A stretch of 64,000 nt of DNA from the human T2T-CHM13v2.0 reference genome, Homo sapiens, in the NCBI RefSeq assembly GCF_009914755.1, contig NC_060929.1. The stretch is one strand, 5' to 3'. Shown here piece after piece: positions 24,951-39,820 of this stretch. Both the position numbers and the translations under genes were made by a program. Every line of letters starts with the position of its first letter. The stretch's first letter is position 1. The notes below the pieces were generated by a model that was not told where the DNA came from, ran no database searches, and saw only the letters and a program-made list of their open reading frames with translations.

Positions 24951-27306
24951 TTTTTTACCTTTTTAAATTTCTATAGGTTTTTGGAGAATAGGTGCTATTT
25001 GGTTACATGAGTAAGTTCTTTAGTGGTGATTTATGAGATTTTGGTGCACCCATCACCCAGGCAATATACACTGAACCCAATTTGTAGTCTTTTATCCCTA
25101 ACCCTCTTTCCACACTTTCCCCCTGAGTTCCTAAAGTCTATTGTGTTATTTCTTTGTTTACTTGTTGATTGATGGGCATTTGGGTTGGTTCCACACTTTT
25201 GCAACTGAGAATTGTGCTGCTATAAACATTCGTGTGCAAGTATCTTTTTCATATAATGACTTCTTTTCCTCTGGGTAGATACCCAGTAGTGGGATTGCTG
25301 GATCAAATGGTAGTTCTACTTTTAGCTCTTTAAGGAATCTCCACACTATTTTCCATAGGGGTTGTACTAGCTTACTTTCCCACCAGCAGTATAGAAGTGT
25401 TCCCTATTCAGTGCATCCACACCAACATCTATTTTTTTTTTTTTGTAATGGCCATTGTTGTAGGAGTAAGGTGGTATCACATTGTGGTTTTGATGTGCAT
25501 TTCCATGATCATTAGTGATATTGACATTTTTCATATGTTTGTTGGCCATTTGTATATCTTCTTTTGAGAGTTGTCTATTCATGTTCTTAGCCCACTTTTT
25601 GATGGGTTTGCTTGTTTGTTTTCTTGGTAATTTGTTTGAGTTTGTTGTAGATTCTGGATATTAGTACTTTATCAGATGTAGAGATTGTGAAGATTTTCTC
25701 CCACTCTGTGGGCTGTCTGTTTACTCTGATGACTGTTCCTTTTGCCATGCAAAAGATATTTAATTTAATTAAGTCCCAGCAATTTGTCTTCATTTTTATT
25801 GCATTTGCTTTTGGTTCTTGGTCATGAAATCCTTGCGTAAGCCAATGTCTAGAAGGGTTTTTCTGATGTTATCTTCTAAAATTTTTATAGTTTCGGGTCT
25901 TAGATTTAAGTCCTTAATCCATTTTGAGTTGATTTTTACAGAAAGTGAGAGATAAGAATCCAGTTTCATTCTCCTACATGGGGCTTGCCAGTTATCCAGG
26001 CAACATTTGTTGAATAGGGTGTCCTTTCCCCCTTTGTGTTTTGACACTATTCCACAAGCTAGAGAAAGAGGGAATCTTCCCTAAATCATTCTATGAAGCC
26101 AGTATCACCCTAATACCCAAACCAGGAAAGAACATAACCAAAAAAGAAAACTACAGACCAATATCTCTGATGAATATGGATGTAAAAATCCTTAACAAAA
26201 TACTAGCTAACCAAATCCAACAACATTTCTAAAAGATAATCCACCATGATCAAGTGGGTTTCATACCAGGGATTCAGGGATGGTTTAACATACACACGTC
26301 AATAAATGTGATGCACCACATAAACAGAATTAGAAACAAAAATCACATGATCATCTCAGTAGATGCAGAAAAAAATCCAGCATTCCTTTATGATGAAAAC
26401 TCTCAGTGAAATCAGCATACAAGGGACCTACCTCAATGTAATAAAAGTCATCTATGACAAACCCACAACCAACATAATACTGAATGGGGAAAAGTTGAAA
26501 GCATTCCCTGAGGACTGGAACAAGACATGAGTGCCCACTCTCACTGCTTATCTTCAACATAGTACTGGAAATCCTAGCCAGAGCAATCAGACAAGAGAAA
26601 GAAATAAAGGGCATCCCAATTGGTAAAGAGAAAGTCAAACTGTCTCTGTTTGATGATGATGTGATTGTATACCTACAAAACCCTAAAGATTCCTCCAAAA
26701 AGCTCCTAGAAGTGATAAAAGAATTCAGTAAATTTTCTGGATACAAAATTAATGTATACAAATCAGTAGGTCTTCTATACACCAACAGCGACCAAGCTGA
26801 GAATCAAATCAATATCTCAACCCCTTTTACAATAGCTGCAAAAAAAATAAAATACTTAGGAATATACCTAACCAAGGAGGTGAAAGTCCTCTACAAGGAA
26901 AACTACAAAACACTGCTGAAAGAAATCAGAGATGACACAAACAAATGGAAACACATCCCATGCTCATGGGTGGGTAGAATCAATATTGTGAAAATGACCA
27001 TACTGCCAAAAGCAGTCTACAAATTCAATGCAATTCCATCAAAATATCACCACATTCTTCACAGAACTAGAAAAAAACAACCCTAAAATTCGTATCACCC
27101 AAAAATGAGCCTGCATGACCAGAGCAAGACTAAGCAGAAAGAACAAATCTGGAGGCATGACGTTACCTGATTTCAAACTATACTATAAGGCCATAGTCAC
27201 CAAAACAGCATGGTACTGGTATAAAAATAGGCACATGGACCAATGGAACAGAACAGAGAACCCAGAAATAAACCTAAGTACTTACAGCCAACTGATCTTT
27301 GACAAG
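24951..27306 (-). mobile_element. L1PB1-like with a 5' inversion, nested in L1MA3
   Basis: Minus-strand 3' part 24951-26040 and inverted plus-strand ORF2 RT part 26041-27306 (ORF 26661..27086). TSD GAG(T)5-6ATCATTTT at 24937 and 27307. Confidence 0.9.
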
Positions 27307-30300
27307 GAGTTTTTATCATTTTTATGTGTTGGTATCATTTCAAGTCCTCTCTTCTACTTACTAAAATATATATAATATGGATGCTAAGTATAGTCACCCT
27401 AGTCTGCTTTCAAACATAAGAACTTATTTTTTCTATCTAACTGTATGTTTGTACCCATCATCAATCTCTTTATCACCCCCACACCCACCCACTTCACAGT
27501 CTCTGGTATCTATTGCTTTATTCTCTGTGCCCATTAGATCAAGGTTTTTAGCTCCCACATATGAGTGAGAACATGTGGTATTTGTCTTTCTGTGCCTGGC
27601 ATATTTCACTAAATATAATGACCTCCATTTCCACTCATTTTGCTGCACAGGACAGGATTTCAGTCTTTTTTACGGCCAAATAGTATTCCACTGTGTGTAT
27701 ATATCACATTACTTTTCACTATATCTTTGCTATTGTGAATGGTGCTATGATAAACATGCAAATGAAGCTATCCCTTTGATTACTGATTTCTTTTCATTTG
27801 GATAGATACCCAGTAGTGAGGCTGCTACCCAGTAGTGGGATTGTATGGTAGTACTATTTTCAATTTTTGAGAAATCTCTATACAATTTTTTTTATAGTGG
27901 TTGTACTAATTTACATTCCTACCAACAGTGGATAAGAGCTCCTTTTTCTCTGCATCCTTGCCAGATCTGTTTTTTTTTTCTTTTTAATAATAACCATTCA
28001 AACTGGGGTGAGATAATATCTCATTGTGGTTTTTGATTTGCATTTCCCTGATGATTAATGATGTTGAGAATTTTTTCATACACCTATTGGCCATTTGTAT
28101 ATCTTCTCTTGAAAAATATCTATTCATGTCCTTTGCCCATGTTTACATGGAATTATTTGTTCATTTTTTACTTTTGAGTTGTTTGAGTTCCTTTTATATC
28201 CTGAATATTAGTTCCCTGTCAGATGAGTAATTTGCAAAAATTTTCTTCCATTTAAGAGGTTGTTTCTTCACTCTGGTGATTTTTTCTTTTGCTGTGCAGA
28301 AGCTTTTGAGTTTAATATAGTCCCGTATGTTTATTTTTGTTTTTATTGCCCATGTTTTTGAGGCCTTAGCCATAAAATCTTTGCTTAGGCCAATGTCCTG
28401 AACAATTTTCCGTATGTTTTTTCCTGGTAATTTTATAGTTTGGAGTCTTATGTGTAAGAAGTTTTTAATTCATCTTGAGTTAATTTTTGTATACAATGAG
28501 AGATAGGGATCCAGTTTCATTCTTCTGCACATGGTTACCCACTTCTACCAGCACCATTTATTGAATAGGGTGTCCTTTTCCCAGTGTATGCTCTTGGCAA
28601 CTTTGTCAATGATCAGATGACTGTAAATACGTGGATTTATTTCTGGGTTCTGTATTCTGTTCCATTGGTCTATGTGTCTGTTTTTATACCAATATTGTGC
28701 TGTTTTTGTTACCATGGCCTTTTAACATGTTTTGAAGTCAGATAGTGTCATGCCTTTAGCCTTGTTCTTTTTGTTCACGGTCATTTTGACTATTCAGCCT
28801 CTTTTTTGGTTCCATACACATTTTAAGATTGTTTCTTCTATTTCAGTAAAAAATGACATTGGTATTTTGATAGGAATTGCATTTAATCTGTAGATTTCTT
28901 TGTGCAGCATTGCCATTTCAAGGATATAAAATCTTCCAATCCATGAGCCTGAGAAGTCTTTTCATTTTTGTATCTTCTTAAATTTCTGTCACCAGTGTTT
29001 TAGTTTTCCTTGTACAGATCCTTTGCCTCCTTAAATTTATTCATAGTTATTTTATTTTTTGGTAGCTATTCTAAATTGGATTACCTTCTTGATGTATTTT
29101 TTGGCAATTTCATTTTTGGTTTATAGATATACAAATGGTTTTTGGATGTTGATTTTGTACCCTGCAACTTTATTGAATTTGTTGATCAGCTCTAAGAGTT
29201 TTTTGGTGGAGTTTAAAAATTTTTCTAAATATAAGATTATGTCATCTGCAAAGAGGAACAATTTGACTTCCTTTTTTTTTTTTTTTTTTCCAATTTGTGT
29301 GCCTTTTCTTTTTTTCTTGCCTGATTGCTCTGGTCAGGATTTCTAGTATTATGTTAAATAGAAAAAGTGAAAGTAGGCATTCTATTCTTGTTCTAGTTCT
29401 TTCCCCATTCAGTATGATGTTAGCTGTGGGTTTGTCATATATGGCCTTTATTATTTTGAGCAATGGTCCTTCTATGCCTAGTATGTTGAGTGTTTTTATC
29501 ATGAAGGTATGTTGAATTTTGTCAAATGCTTGTTTCTATTGATATGAGTATATAAATTTTGCCCTTCATTCTGTTGATGTGACATATCACATTTATTGAT
29601 TTGCGTATGTTGAATCATCCTTGCACCCCTAGGATAAATCCCGCTTGATCATGGTGTATTATCTTTTTGATGTGTTGTTGGATTCTGTTTGCTGTTATTA
29701 TTTTTTTTTTTTTACCTATGATTCTCAGGAAATTTGGCCTGTAGTTTTATTTTTTTGTTGTTGTGTTTTCATCTGTATTTGGTATTAAGGGCAATGCTGA
29801 TCTTGTTGAATGAGTTAGAGAAATTCTCTCCTCTTCACATTTTTGGAATAGTTTCAGGAAAATTGGTACGAGTTCTTGAGACACTTGGTAAAATGTAGTG
29901 GTAAATCCATCCAGTCCTGGTGTTCCCTTTGTTGGGAGACTTTTTATTACTGATTCAATCTTGCTACTCATTATTGGTCTGTTCGGGTTTTCTACTTTTT
30001 CCCTGATTCAATCTTGATAGGTTGTAAATTTCCAGAAATTTATCCATTTTCTCTAGGTTTTCCAGTTTGTTAGTTTATAGTTATTCATAAGTCTCTGATA
30101 ATCTTTAATATTTCTGTGGTATCAGTTGCAATGTCTCATTTTTATTTCTGATTTTATTTGGGTATTCTTTTTATTTTGGCTAGTCTAGTTAGTGATTTAT
30201 TGATTTTCTTTATCTTTTTGAAGAAACAACCTTTCATTTCATTAATTGTTTGTATTTTTTTTTGGTCTCTATTTCATTTAGGTCTGTTCTGATCTTTATT

Positions 30301-30409
30301 TTTTTCTCTGCTAATTTGGGGTTTGGTTTGTTCTTGCTTTTCGAGTTCCTTGTGATGCATCATTAGATTCTTATGTGAAATATTTCCTTTTTTTTGGATT
30401 GAGATTTTC

Positions 30410-32497
<2,088 letters not shown>

Positions 32498-33204
32498 TGT
32501 GCTAGCGTCAGGGTTCATGGGGGTAGAGGAGCCCTCCTGTGGTTTGGATTGTAGCAGTCTGTGGTGGGGATGTGAATCTCTGAAGTTCTCTTATTTACCC
32601 TTTCCTCACAATATCAAGTTCACTGCAGCTCCCAGCCAATCTCAGCCAAGCTGGCCACTCATTTCCTTCTTCTTCTCGCTTCAGGTGCTTCCCATGATTT
32701 CTCTGTTGGACTCCAGTATTAGTCCTAGATGTTCTATTTGAAGTTGATTATGTGTTCATAATTTTGATTTTGCTTCCTGGAGAGGGCGGGTATCTTATGT
32801 TGCTAGTCGGCTATCTTGAACAGGAATCAGAACTAAAACATTAGAAATAGAGAGAAGTTTGTGAACAGCCTCATGAATGGAATATAACCCACTCAGGAAG
32901 GTTTCTACTATTTTCTTTTGAGTAAAACAGAGTATTGGCATTCTCATCAAAGAACAGGGAGAGGGAAGAGTGGTTTCCACTGCAGAGACGAAAACCTGTC
33001 AATGTTATATCAATAGGTAGATGGTAGAAGAAAAAAAATAATAAAACGGTATTTAGTTATGGTGAACACAATGAGATTTATCCTAAATTGGAATAATTAA
33101 TAATGTACAGAACATTCACAAGCTGAATATGGAACTAGAAAGCATTTGACCTTTATTATCTATATTTTTTTATTTGAATCACTTTATTTTCTATTTATAT
33201 TCTT

Positions 33205-33560
33205 TTAAATTTTTATTTATTTTTTAATTATTTAAATTATACTTTAAGTTCTGGGATACATGTGCAGAATGTGCAGGTTTGTTACATAGGTGTACACGTG
33301 CCATGGTGGTTTGCTGCACCCATCAACCCATCATCTACATTAGGTGTTTCTCCTGATGCTATTCCTCCCCTACCCATCCCCTCCCCCAACAGGCCCCAGT
33401 GTGTGATGTTCCTCTCCCTGTGTCCATGTGTTTTCATTGTTCAACTCCCACTTATGAGTGAGAACATGCAGTGTTTGGTTTTCCGTTCCTGTGTTAGTTT
33501 GCTAAGAATAATGGTTTCCAGCTTCATCCATGTCCCTGCAAAGGACATGAAGTCATCCTT
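33205..33560 (-). mobile_element. Short L1PA7-like 3' end
   Basis: TTATACTTTAAGTTCTGGGATACATGTGCAG through AAGGACATGAAGTCATCCTT. Confidence 0.9.
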
Positions 33561-33574
33561 ACCTATAATGTTTT

Positions 33575-33720
33575 TAAGAAGACCTTTAGCTATTGTCTAC
33601 TTCAATTCCTTTATCTTATCAGACATACATGTAAGACACAGAGAAATGAAGGAACTCCCCCAAAGACACATTGTGATTTGGGGCAAAACTATGGCTACAG
33701 TTCAAATTGGACTTTTGAAG
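33575..33720 (-). mobile_element. MIR/MIR3 fragment
   Basis: GACCTTTAG...GTCTACTTCAATTCCTTTAT...AGACACAGAGAAATGAAGGAACT. Confidence 0.45.
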
Positions 33721-34395
33721 CTTGCAGACCTATAAGCAAAAACAAATGACAAGAACACACATGTTTTTGATTTTGTTTTTGTATTTATCTATTAGCACAG
33801 TTTGAAGATTTTGGACTATTCTTTATTTGCTAAATGTATTAAAATGTGAACTGCTAGCATGCAAAGCAAAAGAATGCATTTTGAAAATTTTATTCTTTAT
33901 GCCTATGTCAAGAAGGAAGGTTAATCCTAAGGATAATTCCTTCTATCATATTCCTAGCATGAGTGAGTTTCCTCTTTTAAGCCGTATCAGTTTGCTTCAA
34001 GGTGGAAAACATAAGCAACAAAGTATTTCTCTCTTGGTAAACAAGTTGAACTTTCTCACCTCCAGTTAGCATGAATAGTTTTGTTTGGCTACTGACAAAT
34101 AATAGTTTGAGGATAGCATAAAAGAGTAACCAAAAATGCACGTTTTTACCTTCACCAGACTTCTTTTACAGTTGATAAAATGTTACAAAACTCACAAGCT
34201 GTGATTCATGTATTTATGACTTGAGGTTCTACAACTTTATTTTCTCTTGTGGAAAAAAAGACAATCACTATAATAATTTGTCTTAGAGATATACTTTTCA
34301 TTTTTTTCATAAAGATCTTCCATCTAGTATGTAGGCTACAGCACTTGGCAGGCAGGAAATTATTTATCAGACTATCTTATAAAAGCAACTTTTCA

Positions 34396-34707
34396 GACTG
34401 GATGCCGTGGCTCACGCGTGTAATCCCAGCACTTTGGGAGGCCGAGATGGGCAGATCACCTGAGATTAGGAGTTCAAGACCAGCCTGGGCAACATGGCAA
34501 AACCCTGTCTCTACTAAAAATACAAAAATTAGGTGTGGTGGCCGGCACCTGTAATCCCAGCTACTTGGGAGGTTGAGGCAGGAGAATCACTTGAACCTGG
34601 GAGGCAGATGTTTCAATGAGCTGATATCGCGCCGGTGCACTCCAGATTAGGCAACAGAGAGAGACTCCATCTCAAACAAACAAACAAAAACAAAACAAAC
34701 AAAAAAA
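34396..34707 (+). mobile_element. AluSx/Sz
   Basis: Full dimer with a (CAAA)n tail; TSD AAAAAGCAACT(T/A)TTC at about 34380 and 34703. Confidence 0.95.
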
Positions 34708-34899
34708 GCAACTATTCCATCATAGATACCCATCAATAATTTGGAACTCTGAAGGAAATTTTTTTCTTTCTTCTTTATAGCAAAATTATTCTACAATGGT
34801 TAATGAGCATAAACTTCTGAGGTTTATTCCATTGTGTTCAAATTGTTTCCTAATTTTTTGGATCTCCAAAACTTGACTATTTTAATATTGTTGCTATAT

Positions 34900-35306
34900 T
34901 GGGAGATGAACTAAAATCTCAAAGTGAGAGAAAATATTTTCATGGGAAAGTTAAGAACAAGATGGAGGAAAAGGGACCTCCATCAGTGATTGATGAATTA
35001 GGCTTTCCTGAAGAAAGTAGAGAATAAGGAGCTGAATGCAGAAATAAGGAACAAAAAGCAGATTGGTTATTTCGAAATTGCTTTCCTTATAGGATTAAAA
35101 CAGAGATCCCTTAGTTAGGTAAACCAGGCCCTTTCTGATTGGTTGCTGTGAATCTCCTGGTTTTTTGAATACTGGCTCATTTTGAAGTTCAGTTTCATTA
35201 TGTGGCACCTAACAGGAGCGATTCCATTCTGGTTCTGTCTGGTCTTTTGGGGCCTAGAGCACAGCCTCAGCCCTAAACAATGGCTTCTCTTCCACTTTGT
35301 TTAACA
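34900..35306 (-). mobile_element. MER67/MER31-like ERV1 LTR
   Basis: Reverse complement starts TGTTAAACAAAG...GCCATTGTTT...CTAGGCCCC...GACCAGAC...ACAGCAACCAATCAGAAAGGG. Confidence 0.7.
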
Positions 35307-35729
35307 GTTCTCTGAACTCTTTCAAATTAACGTTTCCGTATGGCATGAGACAAAGGTAATGGTTCATTTGTTCTCCATGTGGCTATCTAGTTGTTATAAC
35401 ACTATTTATTGAAAAGTGTATCTTTTCTTTATTGAATTACTATCATATCTTGTTAAAAATCGAGGATACGTGTGTAGGTCAATTTCTGGATTCTCCATTC
35501 TGTTCCATTGATCTCTTGGCCATATACCACACTGTCTTGATTACTGTAGCATTATAATAAATCTTTAAATAAGGGAGTATAAGTCCTTCAACATTGTTCT
35601 TTTTAAAAATTCTTTTGGCTATTTTTGGTTCTTACCATTTTCACATAAATTTTATAGTTTGTCAAGATTTAGCAAAGCCCTGTGGCAGTTTTGATTGGAA
35701 TTGCATTAAACTTATAGATAAATGATGAC

Positions 35730-36058
35730 TAATGGGAACGTAATGCATGTCAAAATATGTAAGCACATGTAATTTAAATATTTCTGGTAGACACATTAAA
35801 AAGAAAAAAAACCATGAAATTAATGTTAATAATTATTTTATTTACCCCAATATATGAAAACATCAACCTGTAATCAATATAAAAACATTGATATGATATT
35901 TTATTCTTTTTTTGTACTAAGTCATTGAAATCTGGTGTGTTTTTACACTTACAGCACACCTTAGTCACCTTAGTCTGAATTAAGATTCAGACTAGCCACA
36001 TATCAAGTGTTTAGTAGCCTCATGTGGCTCATGGATACCATACTGAACAAAATAACTA
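35730..36058. mobile_element. MER33-like hAT-Charlie element
   Basis: TGAAATTAATGTTAATAAT...GAAATCTGGTGTGTTTTTACACTTACAGCACA...TTCAGACTAGCCACAT. Confidence 0.8.
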
Positions 36059-36697
36059 TAGATCAATTTGGAGATAATTGTCAAATAAATAGTATTTAGT
36101 ATTCTTAACAAAAAATGAATTTAAAAGTGTATTATTAAGTGTCTTATTTATCTAAACAGGTATTAGTGTACAGTTCTTGCATGTACTTTGTTAAATTTAT
36201 TCCTAAGTACTTCAGGTTTTTGCGTGCTGTTATTAATGGTATTGTTTTTCATGTTTTAGTTTTTAATTGTTCATTGCAACTTATATAAATAATTGAATTT
36301 TGCGTATTGGCCTAGTATATTCTGCAACTTATTGAAAGTGTTTACTAGCTCTGGTATGTTATTTTGTTGACACTTTAGAACTTCCTACCTAAAAAAAATA
36401 TGTCTGTAAATAAAAGCAGTTTTCACTTATAATCTGTATGTCTTTTATTTCTTTTCCTTGTATTGGGTAGAACCTGCAGGACAGCATTAAAAGGAAGAGG
36501 ACTCTCTTGTCTTGCTCCTGTTAAGGCAACAAGCTTCAGTCTTTCACTGTTAAGGATAAAGTTATTGATATGTGCTTTGTAGGTGTTCCTTATCAAGTTG
36601 AGGATTCTTTTTTTATTCCTAGTTTTCTGAGAGTTTTTTAAAATCATGAATTGGTGTTGAATTTTGTCAAATGCTTTTTTTCCATTTATTGAGATGA

Positions 36698-37026
<329 letters not shown>

Positions 37027-38730
37027 TATTTTATTATTTCAATATGAACTATATTGATTGTTTTTCTGATGTTAACTAACCTTGTGTTCCTAGGATAAAA
37101 CCCATTTGGTCATGATATGCAATTATTTTTATATATTTTCTGTATTATTTTAGTTACTATTCTATTCATGGTTTTTGGGGAATTATTTTCATGGGAGATA
37201 TTTGTGTGCCGTTATCTTTTCCTGGAATGTCTGTAACTGGTTTTGGTTTCAGTTAATGATGACTTGTTATATTGGTTAGAAAGTGTTCCTTCCTTTTCTG
37301 TTTTCTTAATGAGTTTGTGTAGGATTGGCATTATTTTTTCTCCAAATGTTTGATGGAATTCAACAATTAAGCAATATAGGCTTGGAGCTTATTTTGTTTT
37401 TATGGAAAGTTTTAAGGTAGAAACTCAGATTCTCTAATAAAGAACTATTAGAGGATGGGCAAGATGACTGAATAGGAACAGCTCCGGTCTGCAGCTCCCA
37501 GAGAGACCAACACAGAAGGTGGTTGATTTCTGCATTTCCAATTGAGGTACCCATTTCATCTCATTGGGACTGGTTAGGCAGTGGGTGCAGCCCACGAAGG
37601 GCGAGCAGAAGCAGGGCGGGGTGTCCCTCACCTGGGAAGTACAAGGAGTGGGGGACCACCCTCCCCCAGCCAAGGGATGCCATGACGGACTGTGCTATCT
37701 GGCCCAGATACTACACTTTTCCCATGGTTTTTTCAATCTGCAGACCAGGAGATTCCCTCGTGTGCCTACACCACCAGGGCCCTGGGTTTCAAGCAAAAAC
37801 TGGGCAGCTGTTTGGGCAGACACCGAGCTAGCTGCAGGATTTTATTTTGTACCCCAGTGGTGCCTGGAACCTCAGGGAAACAGAATTATTCACTCCCCTG
37901 GAAAGGGGGCTGAAGCCAGGGAGCCAAGTGGTCTCACTCAGCGGGTCCCACTCCCACAGGGCCAGCAAGCTAAGAACCACTGACGTGAAATTCTCACTGA
38001 CAGCACAGCAGTCTGAATGGGATGGAGCTTGGTGGTGGGAGGGGTGCCCTCCACTACTGAGACTTGAGTAGGGAGTTACCCCTGACAGAGCTAAGGAGGC
38101 TAGGAAGTTTGGACTGGGCAGTACTCACCACAGCTCGGCAAAGCAGCTGTGGCCAGACTGCCTCTCTAGATTCCTCCTCACTGGGCAGGGCATCTCTGAA
38201 ACAGAGGCAGCAGCCCTTCCCATCTCCCTGGGACAGAGCACCTGGGGGAAGGGGCAGCTGTGGGCACAGGTTCAGCAGACTTAAACATTGATGCTTACCA
38301 ACTCTGAAGAGGGTAATGGATCCTGACAGGAGGATTCTCAAGTTCTGCTAAGGGACAGACTGCCTCCTCAAGTTGGTCCCTGACCCCTGTGCCTCCTGAC
38401 TGGGACACAATTCCTAGCAGGGGTCAACAGACACCTCATACAGGAGAGCTCTGGGTAGCATCAGGCTGGTGCCCCTCTGGGATAAAGCTTCCAGAGGAAG
38501 GAGCAGGCAGCAACCATTGATGTTCTGCAGCTTCCGCTGGTGATACCCAGGCAAATAGGGTCTGGAGTGAACCTCCAGAAAACTGCAGCAGATCTGCCGA
38601 AGAGGGGCCTGACTGTTAGAAGAAAAACTAACAAACAGATAGCAACAACATCAACATCAACAAAAAGAACCCACACACAAAAACTCCATCCAAAGGTCAT
38701 CAGCCTCAAAGATCAAAGGTAGATAAATCC

Positions 38731-39757
38731 ATGAAGATAAGGAAAAACCAGCACAAAAATGTTAGAAATTCCAAAAACTGGAATGCCACTTCTCCTCCAA
38801 ATGGCCACAACTCCTCTACATCAAGGGCACAAAACTGGACAGAGAATAAGTTTGACAAATTGACGGAAGTAGGCTTCAGGAGGTGGGTAATAACAAACTC
38901 CTCTGAGCTAAAGGAGCATGTTCCAACTCAATGCAAGGAAGGTAAGAACCTTGATAAAAGGTACAGGAACTGCTAACTAGAATAATCAGTTTGGAGAAGA
39001 ACATAAATGACCTGATGGAGCTGAAAAACACAGCACGAGAACTTCATGAAGCATACACAAATATTATTAACTAAATTGATCAAGTGGAAGAAAAGATATC
39101 AGAGACTGAAGATCAACTTAGTGAAATAAGGCATGAAGACAATATCAGAGAAAAAAGAATGAAAAGGAATGAACAGAGCCTCCAAGAAATATGGGAATAT
39201 GTGAAAAGACCAAACATATAATTGGTGTACCTGAAAGTGACAGGGAGAATGGAACCAAGATGGAAAACACACTTCAGGATATTATCCAGGGGAACTTCCC
39301 CAACCTAGCAAGACAGGCCAACATTCGAATTCAAGAAATACACAGAACATCACTAAGATACTCCTTGAGAAGTAAAACCCCAACACACACAATTGTCAGA
39401 TTCTCCAAGGTTGAAACAAAGGAAGAAATGTTAAGGACAGCCAGTGAGAAAGGTCAGGTTACCTACAAAGGGAAGCCCATTAGCCTAACAGTGGATCTCA
39501 CTGCAGAAACCCTACAAGACAGAAGAGAGTGGGGGCCAATATTCAACATTCTTAAAGAAAAGAATTTTCAACCCAGAATTTCATATCCAGCCAAACTAAG
39601 CTTCATAAGTGAAGGAGAAATAAAATCCTTTCCTGATAAGCAAATGCTGAGGAATTTTGTCACCACCAGGCCTGACTTACAAGAGTTCCTGAAGGCAGCA
39701 CTAAATATGGAAAGGAAAAACCAGCACCAGCCACTGCAAAAACATACCAAATTGTAA
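38731..39757 (+). pseudogene. L1 ORF1p remnant (frameshifted)
   Basis: Split across ORFs 38731..38976 and 39191..39757 (IIGVPESDRENGTKMENTLQDIIQ...YPAKLSFISEGEIKSF). Confidence 0.9.
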
Positions 39758-39820
39758 AGATCATCAACACTATAAAGAAGCTGCATCAACTAATGGGCAA
39801 AATAACCAGCTAGCATCATA

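Noticed and set aside
37523-38341. Overlapping 70-140 aa ORFs in GC-richer sequence
   Set aside because: All lie in the L1 5' UTR; they are not host genes, and I could not identify an intact ORF0.
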